A DNA stretch of 64,000 nucleotides from assembly GCA_964016885.1 (NCBI GenBank), contig OZ024751.1, positions 11,470,001-11,534,000 of the forward strand, given 5' to 3'. Shown here piece by piece: positions 39,793 to 54,013 of the stretch. Positions within the stretch are counted from its first letter, which is position 1. Each line of letters opens with the position of its first letter. The notes beneath the pieces were generated by a model. That model had not been told where the DNA came from. It worked only from the letters and a program-made list of their open reading frames with translations, and did no database searches. A program made the translations under genes and the position numbers. Origin of the DNA: Eledone cirrhosa (Eukaryota).

Positions 39793-41706
39793 ATGTGAGA
39801 GTGTGTATATATGTATATACCTATGAATGTATGTATGCAAGAATGTATGTATGAATGTATGTATTTATGCATGGATGTGTGTGTCTATGGATCAATAATA
39901 ACATCTGATGGGACGCCGTAGTGACATACAATATGTCCAGGGAATTTTGAAAATTTAGTGAAGAAGGAGAAAGAAAGTTTGCGAGAAAGGATGTGAGAAA
40001 AATATATAAATGAAATATCAACTCCAGCATACTGATACCTTTTTTTATCGAATTCGAAACGAATAAACGCAAACGGGTTTTGAACTTAGAGCGTTGCAAG
40101 CTCGATCGAATACTCTAAATGTTCTATTTGACATCCTCACGATTCTACCAACTGGCCACCTTCGTGTTAATAGTGCTGGACCTTACAATTCCCTACAGTT
40201 TTTAACGGCATCAACATAACTTCAATATCCTTATGCGATATCGTTTTATTTAATTGCCATTTCATTTTATATATCAAATTGGATTTCCTTAAGGCAACCA
40301 CGCATTATAGTCCAGCTCTGCTGGAATGCACCATCTAACCGAAGAAGATGCGTTATTGTGTCTCTTGTTCTGTCAAATAGTGTCCATAAAAGCAGGGATA
40401 ATATCTTAATAGCAATTTCATATGTCTGCGTATATATAGGCAAAGACATGAGAATGAAAAAAACACAGACAGTCCCATCTCATCAGCTGATCTCTAGAGA
40501 TAGGGTGTTTCAGTGTGTTTCAGTCTTCAGCCATATATACCCTTGTATTCATTTGTTTGAGTCTAGCCACGCGGTACACATTTTTCAAATAGATATAAAT
40601 ATGTTTATATTTCACTTGCATTTCTGATGGTCGACTTCAAACCTCGTCCTGCTTAGCACCCGGGCGCTACCCGGCTCATGCGCCATTCTAACGGATCGTA
40701 CTCTGATACAGCTATTCGCCTCGTGTCTCCTTTTTGAGAATATCTTACAATCTTTCATAAGTATTATTGACTACGGAAAAGAATCATGGGCATTACTATT
40801 TCTACTTCGAGATTAAAATCTAAATACGTCTAACAACTAAATAATATTTAAAGAGCTCAACACTTTTCTACATAGGTTTAATCTCTAGATATTATATGTA
40901 TTTGGGATGCAGCATATTTTAACTTTAGCACATTTAATACATTTAAAAAAATATTTAAAACAACTATAAATCATGAACGTAAAGAATAATTTCTAGATTG
41001 TAGAACTTAAGATAATCATTTGAAAAATCTCATCGTCAATATGATATTTAACCTCACAGAAACAAATTAAATGATATTTAAAAAAGAAAACAGACTAAAT
41101 GAAATAAATAATTAAAAATTTAGATTTTTCAATTAGATTTTCGTAATTTCCTTTACTGTAATGAAAGAAAAAATTATATTTAAGTGGGATAAAACATTTA
41201 AATCTCTTTAATTTCTTCCTTGCAATAGTGAAATACTTAAGATTAATAGACCATGAACCTGTTTATGTTCTAATTTAATTGATATATGTAGGATATTTCG
41301 TTACCGAATTAATTGAAGCAAGTTTTGGTTGTCATATGTTTTCAAGGGGGGGTTTATATAAATATTTGTCACAGTTTATTTTATTTTGGTTATATTCGTG
41401 GTTTGGTAATTTTCTCAGTTGGGGGTTAAGGATTTTATTGGTATTTGCTGGCATTTTCAATTAGGTTGGGTCTGTGCTATCTTCATAGTATGCAAAACAA
41501 TTCTGGTCATAAGATTAGAACGGATTTTAATCAAGTAATTGTTTAATCTTATAACATTCTTCAGAATTTAGAATAAAGCATAAGCTTTATAAATCATAGG
41601 AGTACACTTTTACGATACATATTCTCTCTATTTTTGTTATTTACCATCACATTGCTCCCCTGTCTCTCTCTCTCTACCCATCTCTCTCTCTCTCACTCTC
41701 TCTCCC

Positions 41707-41780
<74 letters not shown>

Positions 41781-42744
41781 TTATAGAGAGAGAGTGGAGG
41801 GACAAAATGTAGAATCAATACTGTGGCGCTAAGTGGTCTCAGATTTTGTGTTCATCAAGCCTTCTCAAGGGTGAACACACAAATCGAAACCACTAGGCAC
41901 GCGGTGTCAATTTTACAAACATCTATACCCACTCTGCATCACATAAACATGATGCTTTATCATCTTCAGTTATATGAAAATTTCTCTGGACTTTTAGTAA
42001 TTATAAATCCTGATAGATATTGAAAATGTTCATCATTTAAATATCTGTTTCGACTGGTCTCATAGCAATACAGTGTATTCGGGTATTTTGATGATAGATA
42101 TTTCAGTATTATAGCAAAACACGAAGTTAATATAGCGTCTGGCTTGAGACAAAAACAAAAACAAAAACAAAAACAAAAACAAAAACAAAAACAAAAAATA
42201 AAACAAAACAAAAAAACAACATACAAAGCCCCACCTGACGGAGGGTATCAAACACACCATATTTTGATAATGAAACATATATTTATCAGAAAGTAATGAG
42301 TATTTGAAATATGGAAGTGCCACACACAGTCCTTTTTGCTAGTTCCTAGAAAAAAAGGTCCTTCAAGCGAGAAAATATATGATTTTGATTGATGGGAAAT
42401 GTGATGGAGCGAGAAGTAACTAAGAAATAGGATGTCTAAGGATTACATGTAGCAAATATATTACATTTAAGGACATAATTTAAAAAACCTAGGGATTTGA
42501 CTTCGAGTAAAGAGATTTGTTTGAATAGAATTTAATATTTTTTTAAAAATATTTATTTCTCCTCGACAATTTTATATATAAACACGTGCCAACACACACA
42601 CACACACACGCGCACACACACACTCACACACACACGCGCGCGCACAGAGTGAAAGAAAATATATATGAGCGCGCACACACACACATACACACACACACAT
42701 ACTCACACATATATATATATTTTTTCTTTTTTTGGTTTCAGTCA

Positions 42745-43698
42745 TAATAATAAATTTGAAGACAAAAATCCAAAGAGGGCTCGATAAGGATAAATATCAA
42801 ATATATAAGAACCGTGGAGAAAATACTTATTAAAATAATAGATTAAAGTTTAAATAAAGAATCACTGCTTTAAGCCTTAACGGGATCTTCTGAAACTAAA
42901 AAAGTCAATCTGTGAACGCAGAAGTAAATATTTCAAAAAACGTTGCAACCGAAGGAAGACAGGAAGACGATACTTTAGAAACGTGCTTGTATTTGCATAC
43001 CCATGGCGAGTGTTTTCCCGTATGTTGTGTATGTACGTATTGGATGCGTCTACCTCTGTATTTATTTACTTTATTCTTAACTCTGTAGCCGAGAATCATT
43101 CCGTTTCCTAGTTAGAATTTTAGTCTACGACTTCTGTTATACCATTTACGTGGTTTTGTCTTTGCGTGTAATTGTTATCACCGCTCCACATAATGACGCA
43201 TTATGTCCGTTCATTGCCAGAGAACGTCTCCATGAACCACTGAAGTCTACGACTTCATTTAAACCATAAACGTGCTTTTGTCTTTGTGTGTAATTGTTTT
43301 CACCGCTACAAATAATTGTTTCTACTATTGGCACAAGGCCAGCAATTACCCAGTACATTACTGGTTCTTTATTTTATCGACCCCGTAAGGATGAAAGGCA
43401 AAGTTAACCTCGGCGGGATTTGAACTCAGAATGGCAAGGGCTGTAACTCTATGCGTCAAAGCATGGCGTCCGACTCACGACCGATACTGCCAATTCACCG
43501 CCCTACAAATAATGACGTATTCTTCGTTTTTTTCGTTCTTTGCCAGGGAACGTTTTCACGAACCAAAGTATCGTCTTCCTGTCTTCCTTCGGTTGCAACG
43601 GTTTTTGAAATATTTACTTCTGCGTTCACAGTTTGACTTTTTTAGTTTCAGAAGATCCCGTTAAGGATTCTTTGCTTACAATTTAATCTGTTATTTTA

Positions 43699-43705
<7 letters not shown>
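42745..43705. mobile_element. Family D large fold-back element with internal roughly 120-bp repeats and a nested SINE
   Basis: 42825-42976 is the reverse complement of 43566-43704; internal repeat AGTCTACGACTTC..CGTG.TTTTGTCTTTG..CACCGCT. Confidence 0.7.
43312..43502 (-). mobile_element. Full tRNA-SINE with 11-bp TSD CTACAAATAAT
   Basis: TSD at 43306-43316 and 43503-43513. Confidence 0.9.
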
Positions 43706-43749
<44 letters not shown>

Positions 43750-43752
<3 letters not shown>

Positions 43753-44323
43753 GCTCCCAAAGGAGTACTGAGTGCAATGTCAAATCTAAATGTCAGTGAG
43801 TATGTCCAGCTAACCTCAGTCTCCTCTGTGTCACTTTTGAGCTGACTTTTGGGATGCTCCCATACAGCTCTGAGTTTTTCATCCTCAGTGTATACTGATT
43901 AATGTTCAGAGCCATCCTCAGCATTCTTGTGTAGCACCCATCCACCATCTGAGTGAGTTTCTTGGTCAGTGTCCAAGTCTCAGACCCATACAGCAGCACA
44001 TACTCCACTACAGCAATGAAGAGGCGGATTTTCAGGTCTCCACGAAGGTCCGACTTCCACACCGATCTCAAGCTGTGGCACGCCGCCCAGGCCTTGCTCT
44101 TCCTCTCAACCACATCATCTTCCGTATTCCCAATCTTTGCTCCCAAGTACAGGAAATCCTCAACCAATTCCATGGACACACTAGAAGAGGAAGACCAAGG
44201 TTAACGTATGTTGATGCCCTAAGGACAGACACTGGTCTGTTGAAGATGCAGGACATGGCAGCGATAATGAGGGACAGAGACCGCTGGAGAGAACTCGTCC
44301 ATGGACCTCGGGAATTTTACACG

Positions 44324-44328
<5 letters not shown>
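43750..44328. mobile_element. RTE LINE fragment with 5' inversion
   Basis: Minus part encodes EDFLYLG..LLYGSETWTL..RLRLAGH..LLWEP; plus part continues HG..RGRPRLTYVDAL; (TA)n flanks. Confidence 0.9.
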
Positions 44329-44402
<74 letters not shown>

Positions 44403-44413
44403 TATATATATAT

Positions 44414-44560
44414 AAAAATCAGAATGGATCCAGTTGGAAGCTGGTTAGACCATTACTCAACAGAGTATACGATACTCGGAGTAGTAGAGTATGATTACAT
44501 CATAAGGAGTCGAGACTTGACGGCTGAGTTACAGTCGTTTCTACAACTAGTTCCAGACTC
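44414..44560 (-). mobile_element. Family A-related element with hammerhead 3' half
   Basis: Minus: GAA-ACGACTG(TAACT)CAGCCGT-C ... ACTCTACTAC ... TTGAGTA. Confidence 0.55.
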
Positions 44561-44759
44561 ATACATATATATATATACGCACATACACATACATATATAT
44601 ATTCCTGTGTTAATATATACAGGTAGATATACACATAATATTTTGTCATTGAAATTATATAGCTTTTTCTTAGATTTTGGCAAAACGTTAAAAAGTAAAA
44701 AAGAAAACATTATGGAAGTGAAGAAAATACAAAGAAAGCTTAAAACTAGCAATTCACAG

Positions 44760-44792
<33 letters not shown>

Positions 44793-44925
44793 GAATAATA
44801 GTATTAATAATAGTAATATAAAAATATTAATAATAATTATGAAGGAAATGATGGTACTGCTGCTGATGACATTTGTCATTATGATGATGATAATGACGAT
44901 GATGATGATGATGACGATGATGATT

Positions 44926-44960
<35 letters not shown>

Positions 44961-45194
44961 ATTAATAATAACAATAAAAAGACATGTCATTTTCCGTTAA
45001 GATTCTTTTCTATTCTATTTATTTTAAATACCTTCCATCATTCCATTTAATTCTAAATCCTTTGGCTGGATTCTAGTGTGCTGGTACATTAAAATAATAG
45101 GTGTGTTCCATCTTTTTATTATGAGGTGATTAAAATAGATAAAATCGCATTCAGGTGTATGCATATACAATAATTATGTATTCCATTTTAAAGT

Positions 45195-45207
45195 ATACAT
45201 GTATATA

Positions 45208-45269
<62 letters not shown>

Positions 45270-45302
45270 TGTATATATATATAAAGATATATATATATAT
45301 GC

Positions 45303-45355
<53 letters not shown>

Positions 45356-45369
45356 TTTATATATATATG

Positions 45370-45418
<49 letters not shown>

Positions 45419-45423
45419 GTATT

Positions 45424-45460
<37 letters not shown>

Positions 45461-45461
45461 G

Positions 45462-45506
<45 letters not shown>

Positions 45507-45507
45507 G

Positions 45508-45554
<47 letters not shown>

Positions 45555-45757
45555 GTATTTATATATATATGTATATATATATATATGTATATATGTATTT
45601 ATATATATATGTATTTATATATATATGTATTTTTATATATATATATATATATGTATTTATATGTATTTATATATATATATATATATATGTATTTATATAT
45701 ATATATATTTATATATATACATATGTATGTATGTATTTTTATATATATATATATATG

Positions 45758-45806
<49 letters not shown>

Positions 45807-45830
45807 GTATGTATGTATGCATATATATAC
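45195..45830. repeat. Long interrupted (TA)n
   Basis: Direct repeat. Confidence 0.95.
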
Positions 45831-46374
45831 GCACGTGAGAATATTAAGGAATGTGTGTATAAAAGACTGAGAGCGTGAAAAAGAAAGACAGATTAAATAT
45901 AGGTGTGTATACACAAACATTAAATGATACCTTCATTTTTAATTTCCTGTTGTTCAATGCGATTTAAGATGAATTTCTTTGGAGAGTTACCTATTATCTG
46001 GCCGCCATTGGCTACACAAAAGAATGAAAACTCTAATAGTATATGTATGGGTATATATCTATGTACAGTTAATCATATATACATATTCAAATATATATGC
46101 ATGTATTTAAATATTTATATGTATATAAAAATATTTATACTTACATATTCTATTCAAATATATATTTATATATTTAAATATTTATATGTATATAAAATAT
46201 ATATATATACATACGTTTATATATATATATATACTATGTACAGACACGGACACACACACACACATATCTATATATATATATCTACATACATATAGAAATA
46301 CACACATGTAAATACATATACATATCTAAATATATATATATATGTATATACATATATATATATACATATATATA

Positions 46375-46418
<44 letters not shown>

Positions 46419-46536
46419 GATATGTTTACATTCACATATATCTATATATGTATATATATATCTACATACATATATGTACATATATATATGTATACATACA
46501 TATATATATATATATGATATATATATATGAATACTT

Positions 46537-46664
<128 letters not shown>

Positions 46665-46692
46665 GTATATATATATACATATATATATATAT

Positions 46693-46768
<76 letters not shown>

Positions 46769-47702
46769 GTATATATATATACGTATATATATGCATATAT
46801 ATACGTATATATATACACATAGGTGTCACTACATGCTTAATTACAATATGTATCTGAAGGAGTTTTACATTGATGTCCTCATAAATATATATTTTAAACA
46901 TCTCTATATACAACTCTATTGGTTTTCAGCCACCCCACGCCCATGACACACTATTTTACATCATCATCATCGTTAACATCATGATGATCATCATCATAAT
47001 AATCCTCTTCATCATCAACACCGTGAACATCAACTTCACAATTAATATCACTATTATCATAATTGCCAACATCATCATCATCATCTTCGTCATCGTTATC
47101 AGGAAAATCATCACCTTCATCAGTAATAGTGTATTCTTCTTCTTCTTCTTCTTCTTCTTCTTCTTCTTCTTCTTCTTCTTCTTCCATTAATGCATGTATG
47201 TATGTATGTATGTATGTATGTATGTATGTATGTATGTATGTATGTATGTATGTATGTATGTATGTATGTATGTATGTATCAGCGTATGCATGCATATGTG
47301 TATGAATGTCTGTATTTATGTATGTTTGTATATGTGTACTTATGTATGTGTGTATGTATGCATGCGCGTGTGAATGTATGTTTTAATGTATGAATGTATG
47401 TATATATGCACGTATGTAAGCATTTATGTATAAATATATATTTGTATGTGTGTGAATATGTGTTTGAGCGTGTATATACGTTTATATACATACAAGTACG
47501 CATTTCCTCACATTTCTACTTACCAACAATATTTAATCTGGTATCAGAACTAGATTTACTGACAACAAAGAAATTAGTGACAGTTTATTCCTAAATCTCA
47601 ACTGATGGTTTAATTGCTTATTACAGACAGTGTACAATTACTTGCAACGGACAATTAAATTGCTGTCGTTGAATGATCGTCAACACCTGATTTCGGAAAA
47701 TA

Positions 47703-48158
47703 TCTATATATCTAAAACAGAGAATGTCTGGCTGTCTAACTCCCTAAATCTCAAGAATAACCCAACCGATTGTTTTCAAACTTTACACATGTAATACGTG
47801 TGGTCCTATGAGTGTTTTGAGTAAAAGATATTTCAAATTTTCAATGCCCTAAGGACCGCATTAGGCGATTTAGCGATCTCTCTCTATAATTCTTAGTCTT
47901 TCTTTTTAGGTAGATACATAGATATAACGTTGCGCCCTTATAATATCTGTCTGTATGTCTGGCTGTCTGCATTAGGACATTATGACGCTATATGTGTGTG
48001 TGTATATATGTATATATAGTGTGAATGTATATATATATATAGTGTGTAACGTTTTTTGAAATATTTAATTCTGCGTTCACAGATTGATATTTTTAGTATC
48101 AGAAGATCCCGTTAAGGGTGAAAGCAGCGATTCTTTGCTTAAACTTTAATCTGTTAGT

Positions 48159-48190
<32 letters not shown>

Positions 48191-48450
48191 TATTCGTGTA
48201 CAGATATTTTTGCATACACAATAACACAATATAAACAAAAGTATTTATTTCGCGATAAAGTATTGATTTTCTTCGCACGGAAAAAATCCCTGGTAATCTA
48301 CGACGAATTTTTTTTATAAGCACAAAATGTAGACACCATCCCGAGGCCGAGGTGTTCCGTACTTCTCAGTACTGTTTCAGAAAGGAGGGATAAACATGCC
48401 AATCTTGTTTAGAATCCCGAGCAACGCCGGGCCATTCTGCATTCTTCTAG
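47703..48450 (+). mobile_element. Non-autonomous Helitron-like element with a nested family D fragment (48045-48160)
   Basis: A|TC 5' end; 3' hairpin CCCGAGCAACGCCGGG then CTAG|T; homologous ends to 5996-7135. Confidence 0.78.
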
Positions 48451-48464
48451 TATATATATATATA

Positions 48465-48630
48465 GCAAAGAAAGTGTGGCAGAAACCAGGTGGACCATAG
48501 CGCACCAGAGTACTCGATACTTAGGGTAATAGATTGGGTATTAGGAAAAGAGTCAGGACTCCGACGGCTGAGCTCCGGCCGTTTCCACAGCTAGATTCGA
48601 ACTGGATCTAGCAATTCGAATCTAGCTATA
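48465..48630 (-). mobile_element. Family A variant fold-back element
   Basis: Minus GGAAACGGCCGGAGCTCAGCCGTCGGAGTCC..ATCGAGTACTCTGGTGCG; terminal inverted AGCTAGATTCGAA. Confidence 0.7.
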
Positions 48631-50147
48631 CATATAATAATAATAATAATAATAATAATATAAGGGAAGAAGACGCACGTGGTGGATAGAAGGTCATGAA
48701 ATCGCTCCCGTAAGTTTTTGATTTTTAGCATATTTAAATCAATTGTGAAATAATAATTCTTAGTACAAATGATACATAAAGCACCAGACTCAACTATCAG
48801 AAATTCGGATCCATAATATTCTGTTATATCACTCAAATATTTAATTTTGTATTATACATTTTATATTCAAAAAAGAAAATGGTTATAAATGGAAGAAAAC
48901 CCCTCTGTCTACACTATATAGAACAGCCAAATAACAGCAATTTCACCAACACCACAAACTAGATACATCACCTATCCCATCACATCTCTGTGTACACTAA
49001 ATACAAAAGCCAGATAACGGCAATTTCACCACCACCAATCCCAGCATAATAATAATAATTACTATATATTATTGTCTCAACTTTTCACAAAATGTTTAAT
49101 TCCAATATTAAGGAAATATGCTTATGTCAACACATATATTAAACATACACGACTAACCGCATAGATACGCCGATCAAACAAACTACAGTCTATTCAACAA
49201 AACTCAGTAACGACAACGCCATCACTATAGTCACCGCCGCCACCACTCCATCCATCAGTGCTACCACTATCCCATCACCGCCGCCACCACTCCTTCATTG
49301 CTACCACCGCTATTCCCCCATTACCTTCTGTTAACTTACGAAAGGGGAAGGTGGCGGTATCACTAGACAATATTAATAAACAATATTAATATTTAATTTT
49401 GGATCAGGAATGTTATAGTCGAAAAGGAGGAAAATGGCAAAATGACTAAATAGCTAAATAGCTAAATGGCTAAGTGGACAGAGAAGATAATTTCACCACC
49501 AACACCACCACCACTACCACGCTAAAAAAACTTTGGTCAAGTTACCTCAACTTCTATTTCTACTTCAACTTCAACACCATCACTACAGTACTACGATCAT
49601 ATCACCACCACCACTGCCTCATTATCGCTACCGCCGCTATTCTCTCCTACTACCTTCTGCTAAGTACTACTAGCACAGCACCACCACCACCACACCACCA
49701 CTGCCTCATTATCACTACCGCCGATATTCTCTCCCACTACCTCCTGCTACATCGTAGTGTCCCCACTAAAAGAAGAAGGCATCAAAATATATAAATAGAC
49801 TGATTTGATGACCCGGTCAACAAATCAAAAAAACAAAAATCAAAATCAAAGCAGCACAGCAACAACGAAGAACGTAAAGAAAAGAAAAATGAAGAGAAAA
49901 ACAAACAGTCGGACAGAGAAGGGAAGGGAAAAACTAAGTCAGACATTCAAACATTATATTACAATGAAACTTATGCTTATTCTTTTTTGTTGTTTTTTTG
50001 CCTGTTTGTTTGTTTGTTTATTTATGTTCGTCTACAGCGTGATAGTGCCACACAAAAATCACAGGGAGTGACGAAATCACCGGAGGTGATGAAATCACCG
50101 GTGGTTATGTAACCATACATCCACCAATCCTCCATAAGAGTGTTTAA

Positions 50148-52964
50148 ATGTCGAACCTAAACAGTTCGAATAACGGTGAAGTGGAGACAAGAATGTCACG
50201 TGACGGACTCTTACCCAGCAGGTGCTCCCTGGCTCAGCAGCAGGGACCTGGCTGTCAAACAAATACTGCTGGTGTCGGAGGAAGAAGAAGAAGGAAAGGG
50301 ACCAGAACCAACTGGACGAAAGAATTGAATAGAACTGTTATGCAATGTTACCTGAAGAGTAGCCCAAAGGAGAAAAGCAATAGGAAACGGATGCATAACA
50401 TCTGGAACGAGATTGGTCTATTTAAATTAGATGAACAAAAATTGGCCGGGCAAGCTCGAGTAATAAGAACTAATGGGTGGATAAGCGAGCTGGAACTAGA
50501 GGAACTGAGCAGAGAGATTAGCTTGGAAATGGAAAGTGGAGTATGCCAGGCAAACGAGCCTGTGGGAAATGAAGGTGAAGAGGTTGAGAGAACGGAGAAA
50601 CCATCCGAAGCAGACAATGATCTGAATGTTGAAATAAATAATACCTGGAACAAAGATACGGCCATTGAGGAGATGAATGCTGACGGGATAGGACAAGATT
50701 TGGTTGATATCCTAAACTTAGTGGTAGATGAATTGAACAATGATAGTGGGAAACCTATGAACCTAAGATTTGTAGACAGGAAAAAGTTAAAAGAAACAAC
50801 AGCTAAGGTAAACAAAGTCATCCCATACCTTGAGGCGTGGAGCTTTCACCAGTGCAACAATATCCTCAAAGCAACAGCAAATACGGTGAGGAAATTACTT
50901 GGTATAAAAGCGAGAGGAAACAACAAACAAGAAAGATCAGAGCCTTGGTGGAAGACAGGACTGAGTGGTCAAATCAGGGAAATGAGAAATGACATTGGAA
51001 AGCTTGAGTCCCTACTGAATGGGACACTAAAAAACATAGACACTAAAAATAGACTGGAAATAAAGTACAAAACTAGGAGGAAAAAGCTAAATATTATCAT
51101 AGAGGAACTGAAGCAACGCATAGTAGCAAAGAGTGCAAAAATTAGGCGATACGAGAGCAGAGTCAGTCAGTATAGAAAGAACCGCATGTTTGACAACAAC
51201 CAGAAGATGCTGTTTGGACAGCTTGTAGGGAAAGAAAGAGGCAACGACTTGATCCCTGAGGCGGAACAAACTAAAACATTATGGAGAGGAATATGGGAGC
51301 ACGTTGTTAAACATAATGACCAGGCAGTTTGGATTGAGACAGTACAGAAGGAGATTAGTGAACAGGCACACCAACAAACTGATTTGAGTATCACAGTTGA
51401 AACTCTTAAGGGGCAGGCCAAAAAACTAACCAACTGGAAATCACCAGGCCCAGATGGTGTGCAAGGGTATTGGATTAAAAATATAACATCCCTCCACCCG
51501 AAACTGACAACCATGTTCAATGACTGCTTGATGTCAGGTGAGGTACCAGAGTGGTTGACAAAAGGTACCACAGTTCTGATAATGAAAGACCGAATCAAGG
51601 GTAATGATGTTACCAACTATAGCCCTATCATATGTCTGTCCGTAATCTGGAAACTGTTGACAAGCATTATGTCTGAGGAAATCTACCACTACCTCCACAC
51701 AAACAACTTCTTACCGGACGAACAGAAAGGATGCCGAAAGAAGTCCCGTGGTAAAAAGAACCAGTTACTTATTGATAAGATGGTAATGAGGAATTGCAAG
51801 AGGAGACACACTGGTCTTGCCATGGGATGGATAGACTACAAAAAGGCATTTGACATGGTGCCTCATTCTTGGATCACCAAAAGCCTAGAGATCTTCAAGG
51901 TGGCTGATAACATCAGACAGTTGTTGGGCAAAAGTATGAAGTCCTGGGAAACAGAGTTAACATCAGCTGGAGAATCCTTGGGAGGCGTGAAGATCAAGAG
52001 AGGTATCTTCCAGGGAGATAGTCTGTCCCCTCTGTTGTTTGTCCTTGCCCTGATGCCCCTGACCATTGTACTGCGAAAAGTGAGAGCAGGATACAAGTTG
52101 AGAAAGGGAGAGCTTACCATCAATCACCTCCTCTTCATGGACGATCTTAAGCTCTTCCGGAAGAGTGAGAAGGAGTTGAATGTGCTTGTTGACACTGTCC
52201 GTATTTTCAGCAATGATATATGTATGCAATTTGGTATTAGTAAGTGTGGAGTCCTTGTGATGAAGAGGGGTAAATTGAGCAGAAGTAACGGAATCCAGGT
52301 ACCAACAGGTGAGATGATAAAGGAAATTGACACTGAAGAAGGATACAAGTATTTGGGTGTTCTGGAGGCTGATGACATCAAGAACAAAAAAATGAAGGAA
52401 TTGCTAAGAACTGAATACATTCGGAGAGTAAGGAGCGTATTAAAGTCACATCTGAACAGTAGGAATGCCATAAGTGCAGTAAATTCCCGAGCTGTGCCTA
52501 TTATTAGGTACAGTGCGGGAATTCTGAGATGGAATGTTGCTGAACAAAAAGAAATGGATAGAAAGACTAGGAAGCTATTGACTATCTACAATATGTTCCA
52601 CAAGAGGAGTGATGTCGATAGACTCTACTTAAGGAGATCTGAGGGTGGAAGAGGTCTTATCAGCATAGAGGACTGTGTTCAGATGGAGAAAAATAACCTA
52701 CACAAATACGTGACTGCTAGTAGGGAGCCAATGTTCAGAATTGTACTGAAGGAGAGGACAATAGACCAGGGGATGTCCAAGGAGGAAATAACAAGAAGGA
52801 GAAAGAGCAACCTCCATGAAAAATCCCTTCATAGTGCCTTCTTTGAGAAAACTGAATTTAGAGATCCACAGACATGGAACTGGTTGAAAAGAGGAGACCT
52901 TAAAAAGGCTACAAAAGGAACGCTAATGGCTGCGCAGAGCAGGCGCTCAAAACTAAGTGGTTGA
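50148..52964 (+). CDS. Retrotransposon RT polyprotein (C-terminus frameshifted)
   Basis: 938 aa with KSPGPDG, WIDYKKAFDMVPH, GIFQGDSLSPLLF, HLLFMDDLK, YKYLG and GGRGL. Confidence 0.9.
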   Translation: MSNLNSSNNGEVETRMSRDGLLPSRCSLAQQQGPGCQTNTAGVGGRRRRKGTRTNWTKELNRTVMQCYLKSSPKEKSNRKRMHNIWNEIGLFKLDEQKLAGQARVIRTNGWISELELEELSREISLEMESGVCQANEPVGNEGEEVERTEKPSEADNDLNVEINNTWNKDTAIEEMNADGIGQDLVDILNLVVDELNNDSGKPMNLRFVDRKKLKETTAKVNKVIPYLEAWSFHQCNNILKATANTVRKLLGIKARGNNKQERSEPWWKTGLSGQIREMRNDIGKLESLLNGTLKNIDTKNRLEIKYKTRRKKLNIIIEELKQRIVAKSAKIRRYESRVSQYRKNRMFDNNQKMLFGQLVGKERGNDLIPEAEQTKTLWRGIWEHVVKHNDQAVWIETVQKEISEQAHQQTDLSITVETLKGQAKKLTNWKSPGPDGVQGYWIKNITSLHPKLTTMFNDCLMSGEVPEWLTKGTTVLIMKDRIKGNDVTNYSPIICLSVIWKLLTSIMSEEIYHYLHTNNFLPDEQKGCRKKSRGKKNQLLIDKMVMRNCKRRHTGLAMGWIDYKKAFDMVPHSWITKSLEIFKVADNIRQLLGKSMKSWETELTSAGESLGGVKIKRGIFQGDSLSPLLFVLALMPLTIVLRKVRAGYKLRKGELTINHLLFMDDLKLFRKSEKELNVLVDTVRIFSNDICMQFGISKCGVLVMKRGKLSRSNGIQVPTGEMIKEIDTEEGYKYLGVLEADDIKNKKMKELLRTEYIRRVRSVLKSHLNSRNAISAVNSRAVPIIRYSAGILRWNVAEQKEMDRKTRKLLTIYNMFHKRSDVDRLYLRRSEGGRGLISIEDCVQMEKNNLHKYVTASREPMFRIVLKERTIDQGMSKEEITRRRKSNLHEKSLHSAFFEKTEFRDPQTWNWLKRGDLKKATKGTLMAAQSRRSKLSG

Positions 52965-53570
52965 AACACAATATTTACAAGGAGTAGGCTAGCCCACTGA
53001 GTAGGATCTGTGGAGAGAGAGAGGAGACTGTGGCTCACATTGTTTCCGAGTGTAAACACCTAGCCCAGACTCACTATAAGGCTGGAGACATGATGTGATG
53101 GGCAGGGTGATCCACTGGCACCTATGCAAAGTAAACAATTTACCACATTCTGAGAAGTGATATGAACATAAGCCAGAGTCGGTGATGGAAAACGATCAGG
53201 TGAAGGTGCTATGGGATTTTAGGATACAGAAGGATAGGAAACTGGAAAACAATAGACCTGACCTGGTGGTTTTGGACAAGGGAAAAAGATCGTGCCTGAT
53301 TGTGGATGTAGCCTGCCCATTTGACACGAGAGTGCAAGAGAAGGAGAGGGAGAAAATCAACCGATACCAGGACTTAAAGTGGGAGGTAAAAAGGATTTGG
53401 AACTGCCATGAGCTCAAAATGCTCCCGATTGTCATAGGCGCACTAGGTACTCTCTGAAAGAGTTTCCAAGGATTGTTAAAGAAAATTGGTCCCGCCCCGC
53501 TTTTTGGAACACTTCAAAAGGCATGCTTGCCGGGAACAGCAACAACCCTCCGATACGTCCTGAATATCTG
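52965..53570 (+). pseudogene. Disrupted zinc knuckle and restriction-like endonuclease domain
   Basis: ETVAHIVSEC, RHD, WDFRIQ.DRKL..NRPDL, PIVIGALG, LQKACL; TGA stops at about 53158 and 53455. Confidence 0.85.
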
Positions 53571-54013
53571 AGGTTGCAGGTAGTGGCTTGATATTCATTT
53601 CAACAAACTTTCCAGTTAAATAATATCAATGACTGTGACTCAAAGAACAATAATAACAACAATAATAATAATAATAATGATTGTTTCTACTTTTGGCACA
53701 ATACCACCAATCATCCCAGTGTATTACTGGTACTTTATTTTATCGACCCCATAAGGATGAAAGGCAAAGTTAACATAGGTATAAATTGAAGTTGTAGCCG
53801 ATTGTAGTATATAAATTAGACTTAACACTTTCACTACCACACCTCTAATGCAAAAAAAAAAAAAAGAATAAATAAGAATAAAAACAAAAACAAACAAAAA
53901 CAAATGGAAAGCACCTTCTATGATTTTAGAAATCATTTCGAAAATTCTCAAGAACTTGGATGGATTCAGTAATAGGAAGAGCATTCTTAATATTTAGTTA
54001 TTGTTTTCTTTTG

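Larger units (their letters stand above)
50030..53680 (+). mobile_element. Near full-length R4/Dong-type RLE non-LTR retrotransposon
   Basis: Single long ORF with RT, then a Cys/His zinc-knuckle remnant and RLE (NRPDLVV..VDVACPFD, KINRYQDL); 3' UTR ending in (AAT)n. Confidence 0.9.
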
